The notes: generated by a model from the letters alone, not told the origin. DNA of 40,000 nt from Amphritea japonica ATCC BAA-1530 (GCF_016592435.1 NZ_AP014545.1:1518693-1558692), one strand, 5' to 3'; counted from the first letter of the stretch, positions 24,763-32,344 are shown. A program made the numbers and translations.

Positions 24763-25446
24763 ATGATCAAGCACAACGTTCTCAATAACCTGTTCCAAGG
24801 AAAGGTAAAGCAAAGCTTTGGGCTAGAGACAGGGATGGAGAAATCGCCTGTGGAAGGGGATATTTACCTATCTATTGAAGGCCTGGAAGGTGACGCCTGT
24901 GCGGATAAAAATCACCATGGTGGCTTAGAGCGTGCCCTTCATCAGTATCCATCTGAACACTACAAATATTGGTGCAAGCGATATGGGACAGGGTTTCAAT
25001 GGCATGCGCCGGGCATGGGAGAGAATCTTAGCTCTACGGGTATGACAGAGCAGAACGTTTGCATCGGCGATCGTTTTAGCTGGGGTGATGCGGTTATTGA
25101 GATAAGCCAGCCTCGCTCTCCCTGCTATAAACTCAATACACGGTGGGGTATAGAAGACTTTTCTATCCATATGCAGGAGATCAGTCGATGCGGGTGGTTG
25201 TATCGAGTGATCGAGCCCGGAATAGTCAATGTTGATAAGCCGCTTCGGCTGATTGAGCGGGTCCCTGACGCGCTAACCGTTCGTCAGGTATGTGATATCT
25301 ACTTCGGCAACCCACTCGATCAAGAGGGCTTGTGTAAACTAAAACAGCAAACGAGATTGTCTGATAGCTGGATGCAAAAAGTTGTCCAGCGTATAGACAC
25401 AGGTGAAGTTGAAAACTGGAATTTTCGATTATTGGGCCACGCTTAA
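24763..25446 (+). CDS. MOSC-domain protein (YiiM-like)
   Basis: 227 aa. GDACADKNHHGGLERALHQYPSEHYKYW and ISQPRSPCYKLN (conserved Cys) are typical of the MOSC/YiiM family. Confidence 0.8.
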   Translation: MIKHNVLNNLFQGKVKQSFGLETGMEKSPVEGDIYLSIEGLEGDACADKNHHGGLERALHQYPSEHYKYWCKRYGTGFQWHAPGMGENLSSTGMTEQNVCIGDRFSWGDAVIEISQPRSPCYKLNTRWGIEDFSIHMQEISRCGWLYRVIEPGIVNVDKPLRLIERVPDALTVRQVCDIYFGNPLDQEGLCKLKQQTRLSDSWMQKVVQRIDTGEVENWNFRLLGHA

Positions 25447-25487
25447 TCGTTCAACATGAGTTGCGTGCGAAGATTTGGAGCAGAAGC

Positions 25488-25590
25488 CAGTGGTTAGACG
25501 TGGCTACGCCACTTGCTAGAACGTCGCTACGTGACTGCTAGGGAAAGATTAAAAGCCGTAGCTCGTTGTTCGAATGTCGCTAAGCGACAT
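25488..25590 (+). repeat. family-2 repeat, X module plus variant Y (unit D)
   Basis: CAGTGGTTAGAC-[GTGGC TAC GCCAC]-TTGCTAGAAC-[GTCGC TAC GTGAC]-TGCTAGGGAAAGATTAAAAGCCGTAGCTCGTTGTTCGA-[ATGTCGC TAA GCGACAT]. Confidence 0.7.
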
Positions 25591-25599
25591 GATAGGCAT

Positions 25600-26118
25600 T
25601 TAGGTCGGTGCTTTGTTATCTGCGCTTGATTTTTCGGCTAATAAATCCAAATAACCCTTATCCAGGCCTTTTCTTGAAAGGTAGTTAGTACCGCCCTTAT
25701 GGATGACTATAAAACCTTTCTCAGTGGTCTTTAATTCATCAATATCGTTCCAGAGGATACTTTGCTGGTGGTGAGCGCTGTCGCTATAGATACCCTGATC
25801 ATCAATCCGAATATTGACCCGGCTACCGGCCCTGCGACTAAGCATTTGACGGGTTACCCACCAACCGCGTTTATAGCGAATAGATAGCAGTTCAACAGCG
25901 CAGAGGGCGAGTAGAAACCATGCAATATAGGGGTCAGACTCTTGGGCAAAAAACACACCGGCGAGAATGACCAGTATTATCACCTGACGGTATGTTTTGA
26001 GGCTGAGAGTAGTATTCGCAGATTCGTCAAAGCACTCAATGAAGTATTCACGATTGAGGATATAGTAGCTGCTCTGATCTGTACTGGTGCTGCTGTTAGG
26101 GTGGGCGGTGTCTGTCAT
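25600..26118 (-). CDS. YcxB-like membrane protein
   Basis: 172 aa. Two TM helices (VIILVILAGVFFA, IAWFLLALCAVELL), then a soluble domain with ILWNDIDELKTTEKGFIVIH. It is the only minus-strand gene in the island. Confidence 0.5.
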   Translation of the reverse strand: MTDTAHPNSSTSTDQSSYYILNREYFIECFDESANTTLSLKTYRQVIILVILAGVFFAQESDPYIAWFLLALCAVELLSIRYKRGWWVTRQMLSRRAGSRVNIRIDDQGIYSDSAHHQQSILWNDIDELKTTEKGFIVIHKGGTNYLSRKGLDKGYLDLLAEKSSADNKAPT

Positions 26119-26214
26119 ACTCTGGCCTGGCGATGTAAGGACAATGTTGTAGGAACGCTAGTGTAGCAAATCTGGCAAATGAAGCTTGATTAGTTAAAGG
26201 GCTCTAATCGATTT

Positions 26215-26283
26215 AGTCTTTAAAAGCCGTAGCTCATTGTTCGAACGTCACAAAAAGCGTGACTTGCTCGTTGTTCGAAAAAG
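26215..26283 (+). repeat. family-2 repeat, X tail plus full Y module (unit E)
   Basis: AGTCTTTAAAAGCCGTAGCTCATTGTTCGAACGTCAC-AAAAAGC-GTGACTTGCTCGTTGTTCGAAAAAG. It directly abuts attI platform 2. Confidence 0.7.
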
Positions 26284-26333
26284 TAATTGTCAAAAGTATC
26301 AATTCTCCAGTACTGTTATAGTTAGTGCATAGC

Positions 26334-26349
26334 TTGTATGTATAAACAG
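26334..26349. promoter_or_regulatory. relic LexA-box-like sequence
   Basis: TTGTATGTATAAACAG has one mismatch to CTGT-N8-ACAG. It is positionally equivalent to the box at 14526-14541, with a 3-nt insertion immediately upstream. Confidence 0.35.
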
Positions 26350-26530
26350 TTTATTTTGCATATAGCAGTAGTTATGCTCGTTTTATCGTTAGACAAAGGC
26401 TCGTTTTGCTGCTTATAAGTTTTGCAAAACTGAAGAAATACAAAGGGATAGGTATAAAACGCTGGTGAGATACTGCGCCAGGTAAAGAATGCATATGCGC
26501 ATTCTCGTTTTTGTCTTAAAGGAGATCACG

Positions 26531-26626
26531 ATGTTCAGTAATTCCCTTCTAAGATCAGATAGTTATCACCCCTTTTGTGACTTTAGCTCGGCATGCATAT
26601 GCGCCGGCCTAGTATTAAAATGTTAA
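26531..26626 (+). CDS. attI leader small ORF, copy 2 (31 aa), stop codon inside the GTTAA core
   Basis: Same SD (AAAGGAGA) and spacing as copy 1. Translation: MFSNSLLRSDSYHPFCDFSSACICAGLVLKC. 20 of 31 residues are identical to copy 1, with no gaps. Confidence 0.4.
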   Translation: MFSNSLLRSDSYHPFCDFSSACICAGLVLKC

Positions 26627-26646
26627 ATGTCTAAAATGGATCTCAG

Positions 26647-26877
26647 ATGAAATCACTACTTATAATCATAATTGGATTATTTGCATCATGGCATTTCACG
26701 GACTTATCCTCTGATAGCAGCCTTTATAGTGTTCTCGCTCCATTAGGTGTATTCATTTTTCTAATCTCATTAGGTATTTGGCTCGTTTTGAAAGCAGGCT
26801 TTGGAAGAAGAGATGATGGAGGGGTTGGTTATCATGGTAATGATGGAGGTTTTGGTGGAGATGGTAGCTGTGACTAA
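26647..26877 (+). CDS. array 2 cassette 1: small membrane protein with Gly/Asp-rich tail
   Basis: 76 aa with two TM helices, then RRDDGGVGYHGNDGGFGGDGSCD. Confidence 0.45.
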   Translation: MKSLLIIIIGLFASWHFTDLSSDSSLYSVLAPLGVFIFLISLGIWLVLKAGFGRRDDGGVGYHGNDGGFGGDGSCD

Positions 26878-26879
26878 AC

Positions 26880-26941
26880 ATTTAACAAGTAGCTGTAGTG
26901 GATCGTCGCTGCGCTCCTCACCACTAAGCTAGGCGTTAAGC
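26880..26941 (+). repeat. attC, array 2 site 1 (62 bp)
   Basis: R'' is ATTTAAC and R' is GTTAAGC. The core AAGTAGCTGTAGTGGATCGTCGCTGCGCTCC is nearly identical to attC 9 of array 1. Confidence 0.8.
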
Positions 26942-26949
26942 GTAACTAG

Positions 26950-27246
26950 ATGGAAATCGTAGAAATTATAATTTCATTGGTATGGCTTTCGATTATGTTG
27001 ATTGTAGGCCTGCCGAGCTTAATCAAAGGCATGTACTTCACGATCAAAGCCGTAGGCAATCACAACGTGAACATTACCAAAGAAAACCGATTCACTCGTT
27101 TCAATACTTTTAATGCTCTGTTTGTCCCAGGAGCATTAAACGAAGAAGGCATCAAATACCGAGCTAAGGCCGGTAAGAACCTACTAGTATTTTTCGGTTT
27201 GTTTCTTATAACCGCGGCCGGAGGGTTCTTTAATGGCACTCTGTAG
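26950..27246 (+). CDS. array 2 cassette 2: small membrane protein
   Basis: 98 aa with an N-terminal TM (IIISLVWLSIMLIVGLP) and a C-terminal TM (LLVFFGLFLITAAGGFF). Confidence 0.5.
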   Translation: MEIVEIIISLVWLSIMLIVGLPSLIKGMYFTIKAVGNHNVNITKENRFTRFNTFNALFVPGALNEEGIKYRAKAGKNLLVFFGLFLITAAGGFFNGTL

Positions 27247-27251
27247 CAGCC

Positions 27252-27312
27252 GCTTAACAAGTGCAGGCATTGGACATCCACTGCGTGGCCGCCCATGCTG
27301 CAAGCGTTATAT
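27252..27312 (+). repeat. attC, array 2 site 2 (61 bp)
   Basis: R'' is GCTTAAC and R' is GTTATAT. Arms: AAGTGCAGGCATTGGAC / GCCCATGCTGCAAGC. Confidence 0.75.
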
Positions 27313-27336
27313 TTTGCACAAAGTTAAGGAGTAACA

Positions 27337-28473
27337 ATGGGCGAAGAAGACCATGACTTCGGTGGGTTAACTGTAGATACCTCCATTTTTGATAATCATG
27401 GAATTAGGCTGGAATCAGGTCTATTGAGAAAACTTGATCAGTTCAAACCTACAGATGTTGAACTTGCTATTTCAGATATTGTTTTAAATGAAGTTCGCAA
27501 CCATTTAAAGTCAAAAGTTTCTGAAATAAAAAATAAACTTGAGAAGAGCATCAAGGATACCGAAACCCACCTTTGCTTTGATTCATCCAAAATCAACGAT
27601 GGAAAAAGCATTTTAATTCCAGAAAAGTCCCCTGAAGAAATCACAGATGAACGTCTAAAGGACTTTCAAGAAAGCAATGGGTTCACAACCGTTGAGTCTT
27701 CTAAATACCTCAATGTTGATGAACTGATAAATAGCTATTTTTCTCACAAAGCCCCATTTAGCGAGTCTGGTCAAAAGAAAAATGAGTTTCCTGATGCTAT
27801 AGCCCTTTTATCTCTTGAAAAATGGGCGGAAGAAAATGAAATAAAAGTTTTGGCCGTATCAACAGATAAGGATTGGGTGAAGTTTTGTGAGGTATCAGAT
27901 TGGTTATTTATCAAAGGAGACTTAGCTGAGGCCATTTCTACTTTTCAACCTAAAACTGCTCCATATCACTTCTGCGATGTACTTGCCAAAGCTATATCAA
28001 GTGGCGATGATCAAGCTGTCATTGCAGATATTGAGCAAGCGGCATGCGACTATACAAATGATTTATACCTTTATGCAGAAGCAACCTCTGGTTTCTTCTG
28101 GGAAGCTACGGATTCAGTGGAAGTCAACTATGAGAGTTTTGAGTTTGTAGAAGATGGTAACAATCAACCAGTTTTACGCTTAGTCGAAGTAGAAGAAGAA
28201 AGCATTGTCATTGAAGCAAAAGTAATTATTAAGGCTGAGGCAAGCTGTAGCTTCTCTCTTTCAGTGCATGATTCCATTGATAAAGACTACGTGTTTCTAG
28301 ATAGTTCATCAGCTTCAACTGATTTTGAGTACAAAACCGATGTACTAATGACCTTGGCGGGTGAGTTTGACCAAGGAATGGATGCTGTTGAGCTAGTTGG
28401 AATTGAATTTCTATCTAGTCCTAACAGCGTTGAGTTCGGGGATCTACAGCCAGATTTTTGGGATGATGAGTAA
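27337..28473 (+). CDS. array 2 cassette 3: PIN-like (DUF4935-type) predicted nuclease with acidic C-terminal domain
   Basis: 378 aa with GGAG upstream. N-terminal LTVDTSIFDNHGIRLESGLL, and later NEFPDAIALLSLEKWA and VLAVSTDKDW, resemble PIN-like DUF4935 proteins by my recollection. This is the largest cassette ORF. Confidence 0.5.
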   Translation: MGEEDHDFGGLTVDTSIFDNHGIRLESGLLRKLDQFKPTDVELAISDIVLNEVRNHLKSKVSEIKNKLEKSIKDTETHLCFDSSKINDGKSILIPEKSPEEITDERLKDFQESNGFTTVESSKYLNVDELINSYFSHKAPFSESGQKKNEFPDAIALLSLEKWAEENEIKVLAVSTDKDWVKFCEVSDWLFIKGDLAEAISTFQPKTAPYHFCDVLAKAISSGDDQAVIADIEQAACDYTNDLYLYAEATSGFFWEATDSVEVNYESFEFVEDGNNQPVLRLVEVEEESIVIEAKVIIKAEASCSFSLSVHDSIDKDYVFLDSSSASTDFEYKTDVLMTLAGEFDQGMDAVELVGIEFLSSPNSVEFGDLQPDFWDDE

Positions 28474-28478
28474 CCAAA

Positions 28479-28534
28479 ATATAACAAGAAAAAGCAGCGG
28501 ACTCGTTCCTCGCTCGCTGTTTTGGGCGTTAAAA
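28479..28534 (+). repeat. attC, array 2 site 3 (56 bp)
   Basis: R'' is ATATAAC and R' is GTTAAAA. Arms: AAGAAAAAGCAGCGGAC / CGCTCGCTGTTTTGGGC. Confidence 0.75.
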
Positions 28535-28549
28535 GTAACGGGAGAGTAC

Positions 28550-28942
28550 ATGTATATCGATAAATTCAAAATATATACCCTTGTTGTCCTTGTAGTATTC
28601 CTCACTGCTTGCGCTTCAGGTTCATCGATTGTCACTGGTAAAGTCAGAGCACCAATAGACTTTAATCAAGTTAAACTTTACCTAGACGCTCCTAAAAATT
28701 ACGAATCAGTAGGTATTGTTAAAGCATCTAGTGATGCAGGTTGGACAGAGCAGCGCAGCCAAGATTATGCTATTCAAGAGCTAAAAAAGCAGGCAGCAAA
28801 ATTGGGTGCTAATGGTGTTTTACTCTCTACTACCGGAGAGAATGCTTCGGCTATTGTTTGGACTTACTCAAATGGAGTCACCTACGTTATACCTGTCTCT
28901 GAACAAACAGTTACCGGTAGGGCTATTTATGTCAGTGAGTAA
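28550..28942 (+). CDS. array 2 cassette 4: lipoprotein of unknown function
   Basis: Start moved to ATG 28550 after GGGAGAG; the track start at 28397 runs through the previous gene and attC. Lipobox: MYIDKFKIYTLVVLVVFLTAC. Confidence 0.65.
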   Translation: MYIDKFKIYTLVVLVVFLTACASGSSIVTGKVRAPIDFNQVKLYLDAPKNYESVGIVKASSDAGWTEQRSQDYAIQELKKQAAKLGANGVLLSTTGENASAIVWTYSNGVTYVIPVSEQTVTGRAIYVSE

Positions 28943-28945
28943 TTG

Positions 28946-29035
28946 TTCTAACAAAGAAAAAGAAGAGAAAAAAGGGCAAATTTATTCGTTGTCCCCTCTC
29001 TCTTCACAACCCACAGAACCAAAGCTTTTTCTAGC
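28946..29035 (+). repeat. terminal, degenerate attC-like sequence (R'' present, no recognisable R')
   Basis: It starts TTCTAAC-AAAG like the other attC sites and has complementary arms GAAGAGAAAAAAGGG / CCCCTCTCTCTTC. No GCGTTA-type end is present; it runs into family-2 unit F. Confidence 0.35.
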
Positions 29036-29093
29036 AAGCGACGAAGTCGCGTCTAACCACTAGCTAGCCGCGAAGCGGCGGTCTAGCTGCTGA
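29030..29093 (-). repeat. family-2 repeat, X-like module in inverted orientation (unit F)
   Basis: The reverse complement reads GCTAGAC-[CGCCGC TTC GCGGC]-TAGCTAGTGGTTAGAC-[GCGAC TTC GTCGC]-TTGCTAGAA. Confidence 0.65.
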
Positions 29094-29103
29094 CCTTAAA
29101 AAA

Positions 29104-29117
29104 TTGACTGCCATCAA
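29104..29117 (+). promoter_or_regulatory. FNR/Anr box upstream of ubiT
   Basis: TTGACTGCCATCAA has one mismatch to TTGAT-N4-ATCAA. Exactly 22 nt separate it from a TACTAT -10 hexamer at 29140-29145, which is class II geometry. Confidence 0.6.
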
Positions 29118-29169
29118 AGGCTAAAAGCGCATTTTCCTCTACTATCAGGCATCGATTAAGGAGTCTCCC

Positions 29170-29670
29170 ATGACCTCGTTCACGCTGCCTGACTTGGCGC
29201 CATCCCGGCTGCTGCAATCTCTACCGATACCGAGTTTCTCTAAATTTATTCAGTTTACAGAGCCGAAGCTGCCGTTTGCTTTTAGGAAAAAAATGGCGGA
29301 GCAGCTGTTAAATTATCTGTTCAAAGAACAGCTTCAGGATGATGAGTTTTATTTTCTCGAAGGGCAGCAGTTAGGTTTGGAGGTCAGGGATTTAGGCATA
29401 CAGGTGGCGTTTACCTGCGAGTTCGAAAAGCTCGTGGTGCTGCCAGCCCAACAACCGGATGCCTGGATTCGAGGCGATTCAGCCGACTTCATCAAAATGG
29501 CGTCTCAGGACGTTGACCCCGACACGTTATTCTTTCAACGTAAGCTGGTTATCGAGGGTAATACAGAACTCGGTTTAGCTATTAAGAATCTAATGGATAG
29601 CGTGGACTGGAGTGAAATGCCGGCGGTGTTCCAGCGTAGTATTCAGTTAGCCCAACGTTCAACTACTTAG
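29170..29670 (+). CDS. ubiT: SCP2-domain ubiquinone biosynthesis accessory factor UbiT (YhbT-like)
   Basis: 166 aa. SADFIKMASQDVDPDTLFFQRKLVIEGNTELGLAIKNLMDS is the SCP2/YhbT signature. It lies adjacent and divergent to ubiU-ubiV. Confidence 0.75.
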   Translation: MTSFTLPDLAPSRLLQSLPIPSFSKFIQFTEPKLPFAFRKKMAEQLLNYLFKEQLQDDEFYFLEGQQLGLEVRDLGIQVAFTCEFEKLVVLPAQQPDAWIRGDSADFIKMASQDVDPDTLFFQRKLVIEGNTELGLAIKNLMDSVDWSEMPAVFQRSIQLAQRSTT

Positions 29671-29687
29671 TTGGACTCGGTAACTTG

Positions 29688-29729
29688 AACAGGAATAAGA
29701 TGACGACCCTCTCTTATCTTATTCCTGTT
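29688..29729. terminator. perfect 14-bp hairpin between convergent ubiT and ubiV
   Basis: AACAGGAATAAGAT-(14 nt)-ATCTTATTCCTGTT. There is no clear T-tract on either strand, so its role as a terminator is uncertain. Confidence 0.4.
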
Positions 29730-29797
29730 AGTTGAAACTCATCACTTAGCCCTCATAGGTCGCCACTGAGATTCAGTTTCGCGACTTAGAAAACACC

Positions 29798-30748
29798 CTA
29801 ATCGATCCACTTCATACCGGGCTCACCATACCAGTAGCCATTACATTGGGACTGATTCAGTAGCGGGATACTCGTTGATGAAGACTCATGTAAACGGTTA
29901 GCGAAGCGTTGCACCACGTCAGCCATGCCTTCACGCTGTGGGCTGAGGCGCACCAGGTCTACCCCGATGTCACGCATCCGCTGTAACTCGTTTTCGAGGT
30001 TGTAGTGCTCTCCCGATAACGTCTGAATACCATTGATGATGAAAAGATTATCATCTTCCTGTGATCTCATCGGAATACCATCGGGGTATTCGATACAGCA
30101 AAAATTGCAGTTATCTTTGGGCAGGTTCTTAAAGCGAGCGGTAAAGCAGCGTGCAGCGTAAGCCAGGGGTAAGCAACCATAAGCAAAGACTTCGGTTTCT
30201 AGCGCTGGTAAGCCACCATCAGCGGTGGCTTGTTGTAACAAGTCTTCAAGGGTTTGTGCGCCTAATTCTACAGGCATCACCCAACGTCGCATGCCGCTGC
30301 TATACAGTTGTTTCAGAACCGGTAAGTTATAAACGTTGATAGAAGGGCCGGTCACGAAGGGGATACCCTGTTGACTGAGTAACTGCACGGCGGCCATATC
30401 ATTGGCCTCGACCATCAGATCGCCATTGCTGCAGATACGCCGCAGCATTTTTAGTTCTGATTCGGCCTCAAGCAACGCCAGGGTAGAGAGCACCACTCTT
30501 TTTCCGCACTGAGTTAACTCCTGCGCTATCTCTAACCAATCAGACAGTTTGAGTTCACGCCGTTTAGAGCAGACGGTTTCGCCCAGATAAATGGTATCCA
30601 GTGGCAGCTCTGCCATTTCTGCATAAAAATTGTAAACATCCTGTTTTGGCCAAAAATATAACATAGGGCCCAATGACAGCTTCATGGCCTTTTCGATGAT
30701 CTGATTTTCTGGATGAGGTTCTTGTTGATTCACAACCCGGTTCATCAT
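29798..30748 (-). CDS. ubiV: U32-family protein UbiV (YhbV-like), O2-independent ubiquinone hydroxylation
   Basis: [21 protein letters not shown]...[12 protein letters not shown] is colinear with the YhbV N-terminus. AAGGGAGA precedes the ATGATG at 30748; an alternative start is Met22 at 30685. Confidence 0.85.
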   Translation of the reverse strand: MMNRVVNQQEPHPENQIIEKAMKLSLGPMLYFWPKQDVYNFYAEMAELPLDTIYLGETVCSKRRELKLSDWLEIAQELTQCGKRVVLSTLALLEAESELKMLRRICSNGDLMVEANDMAAVQLLSQQGIPFVTGPSINVYNLPVLKQLYSSGMRRWVMPVELGAQTLEDLLQQATADGGLPALETEVFAYGCLPLAYAARCFTARFKNLPKDNCNFCCIEYPDGIPMRSQEDDNLFIINGIQTLSGEHYNLENELQRMRDIGVDLVRLSPQREGMADVVQRFANRLHESSSTSIPLLNQSQCNGYWYGEPGMKWID

Positions 30749-30759
30749 GTTATCTCCCT

Positions 30760-31755
30760 TTACTGCCAGCTACGGTGATAAGCACCGATGGTCGTTGTTG
30801 AGCCTTCAGAGAGTTCCAGCAGGCCGTTATTCCACTCAGGATTTATGTCAAAGTGATCAGGGTTACGCGCCGCCGTATCCAGGGCTTCTCGCCAAATACG
30901 CACAACCTTAGCGACATAGGCAGGGCTTCTCTGGCGTCCCTCAATTTTTAATGCCTTAATGCCCATTTGTTTTAACTCAGGAATCAAGTTCAACGTATTT
31001 AAGCTAGTGGGTTCTTCCATCGCGTGATAAACCGAGCCTTCCACATCAAAGCGACCTTTACACAGGGTGGGATAGCCTGCTTTTTCATCAGTTTTGTAGC
31101 GGTCGATCAGCACATCATTTAAACGCGATTCAAGGCCTGTTGCGGTCTCTTGCCAGCACACCGCTTTCGCCGGAGAGCAGGCACCACAGGTATTAGGCGA
31201 TTCGTCTGTAATATACGAAGAAAGATAACAACGGCCCTCGACCATGATGCAAAGGCTGCCAAAGGCAAATACCTCCAGTTCAATCGGGCTGTGCTGAGCT
31301 AAGTGTTCGACCTGCGCGAGCGATAACACACGGGGCAGTACCGCACGCTTAATACCGAACTGCTGCTGATAGTAGGCGAGGGCTTCATAGTTGGTTGCTG
31401 AACCTTGTACAGAAAGGTGCAGGTTAAGCGCTGAATGTGTATCCGAGGCGTAGCCTAATACTCCCATATCCGCAGCGATTAACGCATCAACTTCCATATC
31501 GGCGGCCAGATCAACCGCGCCCTGCCAGGCTTTCCAGCCGGAAGGCTGCGGATAGGTATTCACAGCACAGAGCACTTTAACGCCATGCTTGCGGGCATAG
31601 TCTATGCCTTTTTCAGCCTTGCGGCGGTCAAAATTAAGGCCTGCAAAATGGCGGGCATTGGTGGCATCTTTAAAGCCAAAGTAAACAGCACTAGCACCAT
31701 TATCAACGGCTGCTTTTAAGGCAGGATAACTTCCGGCAGGACAAATCAAATCCAC
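30760..31755 (-). CDS. ubiU: U32-family protein UbiU (YhbU-like)
   Basis: [42 protein letters not shown] matches the YhbU N-terminus. Fe-S cysteines are present ([15 protein letters not shown]). Confidence 0.9.
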   Translation of the reverse strand: MDLICPAGSYPALKAAVDNGASAVYFGFKDATNARHFAGLNFDRRKAEKGIDYARKHGVKVLCAVNTYPQPSGWKAWQGAVDLAADMEVDALIAADMGVLGYASDTHSALNLHLSVQGSATNYEALAYYQQQFGIKRAVLPRVLSLAQVEHLAQHSPIELEVFAFGSLCIMVEGRCYLSSYITDESPNTCGACSPAKAVCWQETATGLESRLNDVLIDRYKTDEKAGYPTLCKGRFDVEGSVYHAMEEPTSLNTLNLIPELKQMGIKALKIEGRQRSPAYVAKVVRIWREALDTAARNPDHFDINPEWNNGLLELSEGSTTTIGAYHRSWQ

Positions 31756-31813
31756 GATGCATCTCCAACATATTTCAGAGACGCTAGCCTAACAATCGCA
31801 ATAATAGATGTAT

Positions 31814-31827
31814 TTGATAGCCATCAA
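31814..31827. promoter_or_regulatory. FNR/Anr box upstream of ubiU
   Basis: TTGATAGCCATCAA is a perfect TTGAT-N4-ATCAA. On the minus strand it lies 22 nt from a TAGGCT -10-like hexamer (31786-31791). Confidence 0.65.
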
Positions 31828-32113
31828 ACAATAAAAATAGATGACGCTATGCATCATCAGATTTATCTTCTGTCATCGGCAAGGTGAACTTAAAAGGAGC
31901 GCCTGAGTTGCAGAAAAGAGAGGCATGAAAAGCGCGCCTCTATTATCATGAAAAATATTTACAGCGATAGATGGTTAAGTTGTCGTTATTGATTTGACTG
32001 TCTGCAGGTCGATTAGAAAAGCTGGACATAGTCTGACCCTGTGCATTGCTTTGTATCATGCGGGCATCTATACAGCGGACAAATGATCAGGAGAAGGATG
32101 CTTTGAAGGAATT

Positions 32114-32344
32114 ATGAATATTATATTTGGCGCATGTTCCGCTCAGTATGAAGTGTTTTTGTTAGCTGGCTTTGTTGTCGCTCTGGTTGGAATAGTATGC
32201 AGTATTCTGGTGCTTGTGAGAGACAGATGGTCTGCAAGTGTAAAAGGTAGAAAGTGGCGTGCCGTTTTATTTTTTTGTGTAATTTACATAATCGCTGCGA
32301 TACAGCTAGCTGAAGACTTTGGTTTATGTACGGGTAAAGCATAA
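32114..32344 (+). CDS. hypothetical small membrane protein
   Basis: 76-aa ORF with two hydrophobic helices in an AT-rich spacer. No convincing SD, and an antisense ORF of equal size exists. Confidence 0.25.
   Translation: MNIIFGACSAQYEVFLLAGFVVALVGIVCSILVLVRDRWSASVKGRKWRAVLFFCVIYIIAAIQLAEDFGLCTGKA

Larger units (their letters stand above)
26325..26626 (+). other. attI platform 2 (orphan copy; recombination core GTTAA at 26622-26626)
   Basis: Homologous to 14519-14818, including an identical 43-nt block (26485-26527) and an identical TAGTATTAAAATGTTA ending. No intI coding sequence lies to its left. Confidence 0.7.
26320..29035 (+). mobile_element. integrase-less attI platform 2 plus cassette array 2 (4 cassettes)
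   Basis: 26335-26625 is colinear with 14527-14817; by hand count 227 of 291 positions are identical with no indels. Four ORF+attC units of the same attC type follow. Confidence 0.8.

Noticed and set aside
24141-25590. Calling the family-2 hairpin repeats canonical attC sites, which would make the island ordinary cassettes
   Set aside because: They contain GTTAGAC and CTAGAAC cores in the order GTT...AAC on both strands, not RYYYAAC...GTTRRRY. They are built of tandem short hairpins rather than one long R/L-box stem. I left them as an open question in the findings instead of annotating them as attC.
21072-26310. Interpreting the island as a transposon or IS-borne insertion
   Set aside because: No transposase, no terminal inverted repeats and no target-site duplication could be found by eye at either boundary. 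The origin of the island remains unresolved.
28806-29063. 85-aa plus-strand ORF overlapping the end of the lipoprotein cassette
   Set aside because: It overlaps the lipoprotein CDS out of frame and then translates the degenerate attC and the family-2 repeat.
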